Below, piece by piece: positions 1 to 11,199 of a DNA stretch of 64,000 nt; the stretch's first letter is position 1, and the number at the start of each line of letters is the position of its first letter. The notes below the pieces were generated by a model that made no database searches, was not told the origin of the DNA, and was given only the letters and a program-made list of their open reading frames with translations. Location of the stretch: positions 53,384,001 through 53,448,000 of the forward strand of contig NC_045707.1 in assembly GCF_009834535.1 (NCBI RefSeq), given 5' to 3'. The position numbers were made by a program, and so were the translations under genes. This DNA comes from Camelus ferus. Lineage: Eukaryota.

Positions 1-420
1 GCCATGGGGACCCTCAGGGGATTCTGAATAAGAGGGCAACATTTTCCCGCACATCACTGGGCACCATCAGGAGGAAGAGCTGGCTTGGGGACTGGGGAGG
101 TGTTGCCGTCCAGCTGAAAGATGGCAGTAGGCCTGGACACAGTAATGGGGTCACAGAATTGGGGCAAAATAATGAAATATCAGGAGGCACATGGGCTGGG
201 ACGTGGAGGTGGGCTGGTGGAGGTGTTCGGAGGAGCAGGGGCCAAATTTGCAGTTTGCAGGTGTCTGGACTGGCTGCCCTGGAGAATGACAAGGCACCCC
301 CTGCCCAAGAGGAAACAGAGGGGCTGGTTCTTGGGGAAGGCAGTGGCTTGTGGCTTTGAGAGGTGTTGTGGGCTCTAGTCCACTGTGGCCCTAGCTCATT
401 TGGCTCCTTATGTGGAGCTC
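1..420 (-). mobile_element. Ancient L2 fragment
   Basis: Purine-rich degenerate match to recalled L2 3' region (gaggtgttgccgtccagctgaaagatggcagtaggcctggac). Confidence 0.45.
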
Positions 421-2646
421 CCGTCCGTGTGCAAATCCCACCTCACCACAGTGGAGGCAGACATGCTGGCCCACCACCTGGCCTGGACTCTGGACTGACT
501 CTGGAATGTGACTTCCATTCAGAAGACGAAACATGAGAGGCCCATGGATCCCTTTCAGGGGTGAAGGTGGTGATAAAAGCATCCAGCTGTTCAGGGGAGG
601 AGGCTGGCCTTCAGGGGCCCAGTGCCCTGGCATTAGTGGGAGTTGGGTGGCCTCCTGGTGCCTGCGTCCAGCCTCGTGCTGAGTGCTGTCCCCTCCAGCA
701 GTGGTGGGGTCTGTTCCACGGAATCCTCAGGGGAGGGCTTGGCACTGGCCTGGTGTAGGGCCTCCAAAGCGGACCTGCCGGCACAGGGACTCTGCGCGCC
801 TGCAGTCTTTGTGTTCAGATTGTGTACGTAGACTTGCGTTAGGGAAAGGTCTGCTTTTGTAGCTGTGGCCTGTGGGGCCGTGGGAAGAAGCAGGAGTCTC
901 TGTACTGAAAGAGTCTGCGGCAACCAGACCTCTTGCCCCAACCGCGACCTTCCAGCCAGCTGTGCCTTAGAGCATCTGAGGGTGTTCACTGGCAGTCTCT
1001 GGCTAGGGGTGCAGCCACTGGGTACCTGGTGACCACAGGACCCCACACAGAGCCCCCAGCTGCTGTACTGTGACCAGGTCCGAAGGACACCAGGGTACTG
1101 ATCTCCTTGGCCCTCGGAGCACCTGGGCAGCTGAAGGCCCAGGCCAGGCCTGCTTATAAACTTCCTGTCCATTTACCCCAGGCTGCCATGAACGTCTCTG
1201 TGCTCCACGATGGAGAGGTCAGCGGGCTTGCCCCTCACAGTGTGCACGCCCAGCACGGCCGCCCTGGGCCTGCACCAGATGCCCTGCAATGGCCTTTCCG
1301 TGCTGTGCCAGGCTGGCGACGCCCCCAGTTCAAAGACAAAACATGACCTGCCTGTCTCATCCGTGGCCTGGAGTAACAGCAGGATCAAAGAACTGGCACG
1401 GCCAGGACAGAACGGCATTGCATCTCTGTCCTCAATCACCATGGTAACCACCACAGGGAGACAGGCGTGCTCCCCCATCTATTTAATGTCATGTGTGGGA
1501 AGAGTGAGGCGCAGGAGGGTGTGACGGCTTCCCCAGCACTTTCCAGCCCTGGCTTGTCCCCACATTATTGCTGCTGCAGCCAGGCTACCAGATGTCCCCT
1601 GTCACATCAGTAAATTAAACTCATGGAGTTACCCCGGCATCTTCCTCTTCATTGTGCTTCTCGAGAGAGAACATACTGCTGACAGCACAGGTCATGGACT
1701 GCTCCCGGCAGTGATTGCCCATCTCTGCAGACCCCAAGCCAGGCCCCTGAGAGGCCTTCGTCAGTGTTCTCAGCCGAGCTGAGATCAGGCAGTTGGACGA
1801 AGGCATCCACCCCGTGGCCAAGAGCCCTGAACAGCCATTGGTTCCTCTGCACAGAGCCCTGGAGGAGAGCTGCGTATGCTACTCTGCCAGGGTCTGGAGA
1901 TGCAGAGAACCGGCGACCTGTTTCTGCCCCACCTCAGAGAAAAGGACAAGGGAGCAATGCTTATGGTGGAAGTGGGAAAGCCCTGTGGTAGAGGCCTGCA
2001 AGGGGATGTCTGATGGCAATAGAGAAGCACTAGGCATGCAAAGGAGTGGGAAATATGACCCACAAGATGAGTTCGATCAACCAGTCAACACTGACCCAGA
2101 ACCTACACAGATGTTAGAACTGGTGGACAGAGGCATTGAAACAAATGTTATAATAGCATTTCATATGCTCCTAAAGTTAAGTAGAAACATGGAAGCTATT
2201 TTAAAGTTCCAAATCAAATTTCTAGAAACAACTACACTGTGAGATCAATATACAGTGGATGGAATTAATGGCAGATTAGACATTGCTGAAGAAATATTAG
2301 TGAACTTGAAGATATAACAGTAGAAACTATGAAAAAGTGAAACAAAGATAAAAGAGAATTTTTTAAAATTACCAGACCATCAGTGAGCAATGGGGCAACT
2401 TAAAGTAGCTTATTATATTTGTAACTGGAGTCCCCAAAGTAGAGGACAAAAGGGTGAGAGAGAAAAATTATTTTAAGAAATAATGACCAAAAGTGTTCTA
2501 AATTTGATGAAAACTATAACCTCATAGATCAGTGACAGTTGGTGAGTCCCAAATGCAAGGAACATGGAGAAAACTACACCAAGGCAAATTATGATCAAAT
2601 TGTTCAAACTCTGTGTTGATGTAAACCTTAAAAGTAGCAAAAGAAA

Positions 2647-2766
2647 GGGGGAGGGGTATAGCTCAAGTGGTAGAGCGCATGCTCAGCTCCCAAGAGGTCA
2701 GGGGTTCAACCCCCAGTACCTCCTCCAAGCAGAAATCAGTGAAGGAACCTAATTACCTCCCTTTCA
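2647..2766 (+). mobile_element. tRNA-derived SINE (camelid Vic-1-like)
   Basis: Head GGGGAGGGGTATAGCTCAAGTGGTAGAGCGCATGCT (A box) and GGTTCAACCCC (B box). 18-bp TSD TAAAAGTAGCAA(A/G)AGAAA at 2629-2646 and 2767-2784. Confidence 0.88.
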
Positions 2767-3520
2767 TAAAAGTAGCAAGAGAAAAAAGATCCATCAAGTA
2801 GGGAAGGAATAAGGGTGACAGTAGATTCCTCATCAGAAACACTGCAAGTGAGAAGACAGTGGGAAACTAAAAGAGTCCTGAAGGAATCCGAATCTGTCAA
2901 GTTAGGATTCTAAACCCAGCAAAAATATTTTTTATAAATGAAAGCAAAATAGAGTCATTCAGATGTAGCAAAGCAAAAAGATTTCATCACTGATAGACCC
3001 ACACTATGAAAATTGTCAAACAATATTCTTTAGGAAGAAGGGAAATGATACTAGTTGGAAATGGGAATCTATACAGAGGAATGAGAAGCACTAGAAATGA
3101 TAACTACATGGATAAATATATGAGGTTTTTTCTTACTATTTAAATACCTTTAAAATGTAACTCTTTAAACAGAAAGAGAAACAGTGAAGTTTGGGATTAA
3201 AAATATATGTAAAAGTAAAGTGTGTGATGGCAAAAGCACAAAGCCTGGGAGGAGACACAGAAGCACCTTTGTCAGGAGTCTTGAGTCTGTGTGCTGTGTG
3301 TGAGGAATTGTCAGTAGATGATGATAAAGATGTGAGCAGCCACTAAATGTCAAAGAGTTACAGCAAACAAGCTACCAGAGAAGATGAAACAGAATCACAG
3401 AAACTTCCATTAATCCAAAAGAAGATATAAAAAGGAGGGGACAGAACAAAGAATACATGGGTCAGATAGAAAACTGGTAGTAAAATGTAGGTTTAAACCT
3501 AATATAAAAATCACACATTA

Positions 3521-3750
3521 TGGGGGGTGAGAAGGGACAGACTGGGATTTCAAAATGTAGAATAAATAAACAAAGATTATACTGTATAGCACAGGGAAAT
3601 ATATACAAGATCTTGTGGTAGCTCACAGCGAAAAAAAAATGTGACAATGAATATATGTATGCTCGTGTATAACTGAAAAATTGTGCTCTACACTGGAATT
3701 TGACACAACATTGTAAAATGACTATAACTCAATAAAAAAAAGTTAAAAAA
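3521..3750 (+). mobile_element. Young 5'-truncated L1 3' end (camelid-type)
   Basis: Artiodactyl-type L1 3'UTR (actgtatagcacagggaaatatatacaagatc...tgacacaacattgtaaaatgactataactcaataaaaaaa), A tail, near-perfect TSD AAAAATCACA(CA)TTA. Confidence 0.85.
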
Positions 3751-3944
3751 ATCACATTAAACATAAACGGTCTAAATAGCATCAAGTAGAATGCAGAGAT
3801 TATTAAAAAAAAATAAAAAATAAAAAAAGACAAGACTCAACCATATGCTGTGAATGAAAACAGACTTTAATATATTAAATATAAATCTAAAAAATGAGTT
3901 AAAATTTAAAAGATGGAACAAGATACACACTCGATCGCATTAGT

Positions 3945-4160
3945 CACAGGTGGTGTGTTCTGTAAGGCTTCCGTGGACACCCAAGTTAGTGAACCCTGAA
4001 CTGTGTGTGAGATGTGTGTGCATCTCACATAGGTTGTAATCCCAAATACTGAAAACAACTCATGCTGGTAGATTCTGTTTTCTTTATTTTACAAAAGAGG
4101 AAATGAGGTGCAGAGGTATTTAAGTGACTTGCTTCTGACAGAGTCAGGATCCAGATTGCT
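3945..4160. mobile_element. Probable DNA-transposon-derived fragment inside the old L1 (family uncertain)
   Basis: Non-L1 composition; resembles Tigger-type consensus fragments from memory only. Confidence 0.35.
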
Positions 4161-4859
4161 TCCAAGTTGATAAGCCTAGGCAGGTGGGTAAGGAACAAAG
4201 AAAGAATACACCAGTTATCAATACCATGAACAATAAAAGTGACATCACTTCAGATTCTACACAATAGTAAGGGATTATTATAAAAAATCTTAATGCTAAC
4301 AAACTCAATTAGACAGAATGGATACACTTCTTGAAAGACACAAATTGATAACTTAAGATGAACTAAATAACCTGGATAGGACTATATTTATTAAAGGAAT
4401 TGAATTAGTTTTAAACCTTTCACAAAGATTAACTCCAGGCCCAAGCAGCTTCATTGATGAATTGTACCTGTTGGTGAAGGAAGAAGTTATAACAGTTCTA
4501 TGGAAATTCTTCCAGAAAATTGAAAAGAAGGAACAATGCTCCCTAACTCTTTCTGTGAAGCTGGGATTACTATCATAACAAAAGCCCACTTACACATTAA
4601 AAAAGAAAACGACAGACCGATATCACTAGAAACATGGAGTTAAAAATTCTAAGCAAAACTTTTGCAAATCAAATACAGCAGTAAATTAAAAGAATGATAA
4701 CAACGATCAAGTAGGGTTTATCCCAGGGACTTAAGTTTGTTTAATGTTTGACAATATAATTCAAAAACAAACTAAAAAATAAACATAATATGACATTTCA
4801 ATGCATGTGGGGAAACTTTTGACAAAATCCAACATAAATTAACATCAGACAGAGTCCCA

Positions 4860-5470
4860 CAGGGCGTGTGCGTCCTCTGCTTACGCAGGCTTACTTGGGG
4901 CTGAGGACGCTGCTCTGCTGAAGCCACGAGTCCGCGCGTGACGGCGGCGGGCGGCGAGGACAGGGTGCCCTGCAGCTTCTCTGCCGCGGCGACGCACAGC
5001 GATGGCATCTGCACGCCGGATGCCGGGGGACCCACGATATGACGTGGTGTCGCTGCCATCGCCCGTGTCCTCCCTCCGGGTCAGGCCACCAGGCTGCTGT
5101 CACTGCTCCTCTGCTGGGCTCACTGGCTCCCGTCCGTAATTCTTGAGAATTGCTCACACAGGCAGGAGTGGGCTTGTTTGGGCTCGGAGCTGTATTTAGA
5201 GGGAGCTCTGTTTTCCAGACACCAGGCTCCACCAGGGCTGGGCCCCAGACCCCTACGTCTTCAGGGGGCGTTTTGCTGGCAGCGAGGCTGGGTCCCTTGT
5301 CGGGAGGCTCCTCGTCTGTAAATCCAGACACTGCCCTTCGATGTGCGGGGGCGGGAGCACCCGAGGGCGTGTGAAGTGGGGGAGGCCACTCACATGACCA
5401 TCAGGCACCGGGCGTGAGACCCAGGCTGGGCCGGCACACGCCGGTCGAGCCTGACCGGAGCCGTGCTGTC
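4860..5470. promoter_or_regulatory. Intronic CpG-island-like segment
   Basis: Dense CpG (gtccgcgcgtgacggcggcgggcggcg) with GC boxes and TGACGT, directly after AT-rich L1. Confidence 0.45.
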
Positions 5471-5807
5471 CACAGAGGTTACCCTCCATGAAGTGGTGCC
5501 CAGTCATCAGGGCATCTCCAGGCTTCTTCAAGGCTCCTCCACAGGCTTCAGGTCTGTGAACGGTCTGACAGGGTTTGTGCAAACCTTCTGTCTGTATTGG
5601 TTCAGCGCAGCAGAGAACACCAGTTCGAAGACTATAGAAAACTAGGAACTGCTACATTCGTGACAACCTCAGAAATGATGTCCAACCGAGCTTCTGGTGG
5701 GGGCAGTTTTGTGCAGGGGCCGGGGTAGGGTGGGCTGCTCAGCCTCACCCTCCACCCTGGTCTGCAGACTAACCTCCCATCCTGCTCTCTCCGTCCCTGT
5801 GCTCCAG

Positions 5808-6139
5808 CTGCCCACCCAGCCCAGACTCAGGACCGGCCGACCGCCACCGTGTCACCCTTGCGTACCCAGAGCTCCCCGTCCCGCCTGCCCACCACCGGCC
5901 TCAGGCCCCCTTCCATGGGATCCCCGCAGCACAGCCACCAGCCCGTGATGCAGATGGCCATCGGGGCCCCGGGCCCCCGGACTGCCGTCCAGCTCACATC
6001 AGCAGCCTCGGCCATCACTCCCCCCAACGTCAGCGCCGCCAACCTCAGCGGGGAGGTTGGAGGGGGCCCCATCAGTGGCCCGTCCACACCCAGCCCCACC
6101 AGCACGGGAGGCAGACCAGACGAGAGGAGGAACGAGAAG
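5808..6139 (+). CDS. SH3RF3: SH3RF3 (POSH2 E3 ligase/scaffold) internal coding exon, third from last; Pro/Ser/Thr-rich linker
   Basis: Pyrimidine tract plus CCAG acceptor ending 5807; donor AAG|GTGAGT at 6140. Encodes (A)AHPAQTQDRPTATVSPLRTQSSPSRLP...LTSAASAITPPNVSAANLSGEVGGGP...DERRNEK, matching the SH3RF3 linker. Ends in phase 0, compatible with the next exon. Confidence 0.93.
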
Positions 6140-6752
6140 GTGAGTGGCTCCACTGGGCGAGCCCTGGCCCCCGCCCCGGGGCTGGTGCCTCTTTGGCACC
6201 AGACACCAATCACATTTCATACGATTGAGGCTGGAATGTGGGCACCAGCACAGGGCACAGAGGGAGGCCGAAGCAGCAAGCACCCGTCCTTGCAGTGGCA
6301 TTCAGGCCGCAGGTGCCGGCAGGGCTGCCCCGAACCCAGCGACAGTTTTCACACAGAGTGCCCCTCTTCAGGATGCTGTAGTCCCTTCTGTTGGAAAACC
6401 ATTGTCAAACACTCCTTGTGCTAGGATTAGACACTTACTTTGCCGTGTGTCAGGATATTTAATAATAAGCCTATGGGTCTGCTCACATGCAGCGTGAGCA
6501 GCGCCTCCTCCCTCTGAAGTGCCGCCCTGTGCAGCACACAACCCGCTCAACCGCCGCGGGCGGCCTGCTTTCCGGGGAGAAGCCAGAGGAGGATGGCAGC
6601 CTCGCAGCTGGTGTGCACAGCACTTCCAGCGGTTCTTCCGCAGGGAGGGAAGGTGGGTTCATTGCACAAAACAAATCTGGTCCAGTGAGCTGGACCCAGT
6701 TGCCACCAGCCGTACATCAGAGGAGCCAGGGTGAGGGTCCAGATTTCTAAGT

Positions 6753-6965
6753 CAGTGCTGTCTGCTAAAACCGTAACTCAAGCCGTGTATGTAATTTAGA
6801 ATCTCCCAATAGCCATGTTTTTAAAAGTTAAAGCAATTTGTAAGTAAAAGGTGAAATTCATTCTAAAGGTGTAATCTACTAGACCCAGTACCCACAAATG
6901 TTACCATTTCAACATGGGGTCTGAATTTTAAAATGATGAGCTGTTTTACCTTCTTGGTCTTTGAA
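6753..6965. mobile_element. MER33-like hAT-Charlie DNA transposon fragment
   Basis: Starts CAGTGCTGTC; internal aaaaggtgaaattcatt...ttaccatttcaacatg; an AT-rich island in GC-rich intron. Confidence 0.65.
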
Positions 6966-9574
6966 GGCCAGTGAGCTGGGTCCAGTGGTCAGGCCACCAG
7001 GCTGCCCAGGCTGTGCCACGGTCTTTCTCGGCTCATTCCCCTGCTCCCTTGGCTTTGCCACCGTCCGTGGACCTTCTCAAACCTTTCGATGTAAAGCCAG
7101 TCTTTGATGAGAGTGTGCCCCCTCCTGCCCGTGGGGACGGCACCCAGTCTCGTATGGACCACTCCCAAGGGATGCCCGCCCCTCACACCAGCCTCCTCGG
7201 GCCCAGGTGCCTCACAGAGATGCTTGGTCTCCTCACCGTGTTCTCCTGCGACTGGCAGGCACCTGAGCGTCTAGTGACCCCTTGCTCGGCGTTTTGCATC
7301 CACATCTGCTTGAAGACCACGTGGCTGTGGTCTGTCCCCTACACCTGCAGCCTGTCACCCCCGGAGCCGGAGGAGGGCTTGGGGCCCCACCCTCTCAATT
7401 GCTGCACATCCTTCCTGGAGGACAGGGTCCCTTGGGCCTCGAGGCTGCTGAGCAGAAACTAGGGCGGACCTGGAGGGGAGCCGGGTGGCTCTGTAAGCAT
7501 TCCTGGTTCTTGGCCCCCAGTTCCCTCTGCCCAGTGCGGAAGGCAGGTCGGGCTCCTGTCTGTGGGGCCAGGCGTGCAGGGGCCTTGTGGAGAGCGATAC
7601 CCTGCCTCCCGCCCATGGGTGTCGCTGGGCCAGCTCTCACCACTCCTGCCCAGGAGACTCTCGGGGCCTCCTGCTTCTGCTCGAGGTTCGCGCTCTGCTC
7701 ACAGCTCTCCCGCATCACGAGGAACGGCCGAGTCCATGGGGCACCTGGAGGCCCCTCCGGAGGATGCTGCAGACGAGACATCTTAGCCCAGAGGGCTCCC
7801 CGGTTGGCCTAGGGGCAGGGCGCACAGTGGGGTGGGGGTGCGGTTCGTGCTGCGCTCCCGGGCGGAAGGCGAAGGGGACCTGGTGGGACAGAGTGGGAGA
7901 GTGTCCACAGGTGCAGCCACGATGGTCAGCGTCAGAGCCGGGAGAGAAGTGTGTCATCCGCGTGGCTTTCACTTCTCACCTGGAGAACAAAGCAGGAACA
8001 GCACTGGTGGGAAAGGACACCTGTTGGTGTTTCCCTTCCGCACCCCAGATGACGGTTTCCTGATTTAGAGCAAAGCGCAACACGCCGCAGCTCCGTTTGT
8101 AGCAGAAGGGCCAGGCGGTGGCGTTGGAGCAAGCCTGGTGGCGGAGGTGTGCCTAGCGGGGCCCTCGGCCGACCCTGTCCCGCCATGACCAGAGCCAGGC
8201 CGACTTCACCAACTGTGAGAACTCAGCCGTCTGCTTCCGACCTGTTTCTGGGTAACCCCGTTGTGGGTGTGCCCATGTTTAATTATGGCAAATGGATTTT
8301 TTTTACAGCAGTTGCCGGTATTCTCCAGGCTGTTTCTGTCACTGGATTTTTCCTCAGGAAAAGACAGTGAGCTCCCCGCCACTGTCACAGAGACCCTGAC
8401 CTCAGGGCCTGTTTTCCTAGCAGCTCCACTGAAGTTCGGTCCAGCCCTTCAGCACGTGCACCGGAGGGGAGCCTCAGCTGTCGGGGGCGTGGGGAGGGCC
8501 CCAGGGTGCGGAGACGTGGAGGTCACGTCTTTGGAAGGCGCAGCAGGTGGGAGTCACTGGTGGTCCTCCCATCGAAGGACTTGGACCTAGTGCTTCTGAG
8601 GGAAGGGCATGGCTTTTGGAGTCATCTTGTGGCAGCTATGAATAGCAGAGTGGGAACCAGATCTTGGAAGCCTTTTAAGAAGATGCTCTGCAGGGTGTTA
8701 AGTTAACCCTTCTGCACTTAAAAATCTAGTCTGTGCTTGACGCAACCACCAGACTTCACGTGTCCCACCCACCAGTGGCTGCTTCCTGCTTCTGAGGCCT
8801 CGTGCACACATCACCAGGTAGTCGGGTGACTCCAGGGGAAAGTCGTCAGAAAGGGGACGCCTGAGTCCCCAGGAAGGCAGACACAGCTCGTGCCCCTGGC
8901 AGCCGTGAACACCTGACCCTAGAGCCTCCCCAGCCAAGCAGCTGGAAGTCACTCCCCAAACTTGCGCGTCTGGTCAGAGCAGCAGCAGGTGCCAGGGGAC
9001 AGAGCGCTGGGCACTGGGCCGACAGTGAGAAGGGGACCTGGACCAGATGACAGGCCTGAGGACAGGAGCCGAGGCAGGGAAGGTGGAGGCCAGGCCTGGC
9101 CGAGGACGTCCGAGGTGCCCGTCTTCCACTCTGAGGCCGACCCTCTGCTGCATCCTGGCCCTGGGCAGTGCCCTCCTCAGTGCCAACATGCCGAGGGTCT
9201 TCCTTTTGTGTGAAATGACCCGTCCTGAGTCACCAAACCAACATGCATGTAGACGGAATAGGACATGTGGCAGAAGGGCAGCAGGCCCGGCACCAGGAGG
9301 GCCGGCATGTTGGGGGGAATCTGTTGTTATTTTGTGCTCTGTCCTGATTTAAAACTTATTTCAAAGAGTCTCAGAGCCTGGCTGGCAGACCCTGGAAGGT
9401 GCCTCACATGTAGAAGGCATCCGGTGATACCTGTCAACTAACAAGAGCTGGAAAAACTGCTGCCAGGGAAGCCTCACTCCGTGACTTCTGAGAAATGCTT
9501 TACTTTACGGACTGGGAGAAAATAAACTTTCTGCTTATGGATGAGCTAGTTTCTGTTTCACAAAATAAGAGAAT

Positions 9575-9740
9575 ATTGGAACTGGAAAGAGCCTCTAAAG
9601 ATGTTTTCAACAAACTGTTCATTTTTGATGATGCTCCGAGGCTCAGAGATGCCCGGAGACTTGCCTGGGGTCACACAGCACTGGCAGTGGAACCAGCCTA
9701 TGGGCTCTGGTCTCCGGGCTGTCTGGTCTCCAGTGTGCTG
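9575..9740. mobile_element. MIR SINE fragment
   Basis: Core gaggctcagaga...gacttgcctggggtcacacagc. Confidence 0.65.
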
Positions 9741-9749
9741 ACTCAGTCG

Positions 9750-10960
9750 TGGTATATAGTTCTTTTTAAACATTGTTGGATCCTATTTGCTAATAGTTTG
9801 TTCCGGATTTTTGCACTTATAATCATGAGAGGTGTTGAGCTGTAGTTTTTTTGTCATTTGGGGGTCTGGTTTTGGTGTTAGGATGATGCTGGCCTCATAG
9901 AATGAATTAGGGAACATTCCTTCTGTGTCCGTCTTCTGTAAGTGATTGTAGAGAACTGGCATAATTTTTCCTCAGGTGTTTGCTGGAACTCACCAGCAAA
10001 CCCATCTGGGCTGCTGCTTTGGAAGGTTATTAACTGTTGACTGAGTTTCTTTAATAGATACAGCCCTGTTTACACTGCCTGCTTGTTCTTGTGCAGGTTT
10101 TGGCACACTGTATTTTTTAAGGAATTGGTCCATTTCATGCACCTCATCAAATCTGTGAGCATAAAATAATTGACAGCATTTCCCTATTGGCCTCCACGCT
10201 GTCTAGGACCTGTGCTGATGCCCTTCTTTCATTTGACATCGTAACCCTCTCTCTTTTCCTTCTCAGTTTGCTCACCTGGAGGCTGATCAACTTCATTGGT
10301 CTTTTTAAAGAACCAGCTTTTGGTTTCTTTGATTCTTCTCTACTGATTTCCTGTTTTCAATGTCATTGTTTTCTGTTCTAATTTTTATTATTTCTCTTCT
10401 ACTTTGAGTTTAATTTGTTCTTCTTTTCTAGTTTCTTAAGGTGGAAGCTTAGATGATTAATTTTACATCTTTCTCCTGCTATATATGCACCCAGTGCTGT
10501 AAATTTCCCGCAGAACACTGCTTTCACTGTCTCCCGCAGATTTTTGATAAGTTATACTTTAATGTTCATTTAGCTCAGAGGTATTGAAGAATTCCCTTGA
10601 GATTTCTTCTCTGGCTCACGTGCCATTTATGATTGTGTTGGTTACCCTCCAGGTGTTTTGGAACTTTCTGTTAGTGATTTCTAGTTTAACTTCACTGTGA
10701 TCTGAAAGCTGACATTGTATAATTTTTCTTTTAAATTTGTTAGGGTGTGTTTTATGGCCCAGAATGTGGTCTGTCTGGGTGGATGTTCATGTGAGCCGAG
10801 AAGAATGTGTGTTCTGCTGTTGCTGGAGGAAGTGGTCTGTAGCTGCCAGTTAGTCCAGCTGATTCAGGGTGTCGTGAGTTCGGGTACGTCCTGGCTGGTT
10901 TTCTGCAGCTGGACCTGCTGGTCACTGACAGAGGGTGCTGATGTCTCCAACTGCAGACTT
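9750..10960 (-). mobile_element. Old LINE-1 ORF2 fragment (antisense)
   Basis: T-rich; motifs gctggcctcatagaatgaattaggga and tttatggcccagaatgtggtct typical of reverse L1 ORF2. Confidence 0.85.
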
Positions 10961-11071
10961 TCAAAACCTAGATCAGACAAATGCACATCACAGAACAGTC
11001 CTCAAGCACTGGAGCTCCCAGTGCCCAACAGACATTTATCCCAGAACTATGGTCCCCAGGGCAGAGGGTGT

Positions 11072-11199
11072 GGGACCCCGGGCTCTCCCTGGGGCAGTGG
11101 GTCGGGACCCCGGGCTCTCCCTGGGGCAGTGGGTCGGGACCCCGGGCTCTCCCTGGGGCAGTGGGTTGGGACCCCGGGCTCTCCCTGGGGCAGTGGGTA
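11072..11199. repeat. 32-bp GC-rich minisatellite, 4 copies
   Basis: Unit GGGACCCCGGGCTCTCCCTGGGGCAGTGGGT(C/T/A) starting at 11072, 11104, 11136 and 11168. Confidence 0.97.

Larger units (their letters stand above)
2030..4850 (+). mobile_element. Old degenerate LINE-1 (ORF1 region and ORF2 fragments) interrupted by younger insertions
   Basis: A-rich sequence with L1 ORF1-like peptides (KTTPRQIMIKLFK) and ORF2-like motifs (actccaggcccaagcagcttcattgatgaatt; tttgacaaaatccaaca); many stops. Confidence 0.8.

Noticed and set aside
2647..2725. tRNA gene
   Set aside because: It has A and B boxes but a degenerate stem structure, an unrelated 3' tail and a TSD, so it is a SINE.
11072..11199. 32-bp direct repeats as a CRISPR array
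   Set aside because: Units are head-to-tail with no spacers, there are no cas genes, and the context is a mammalian intron.
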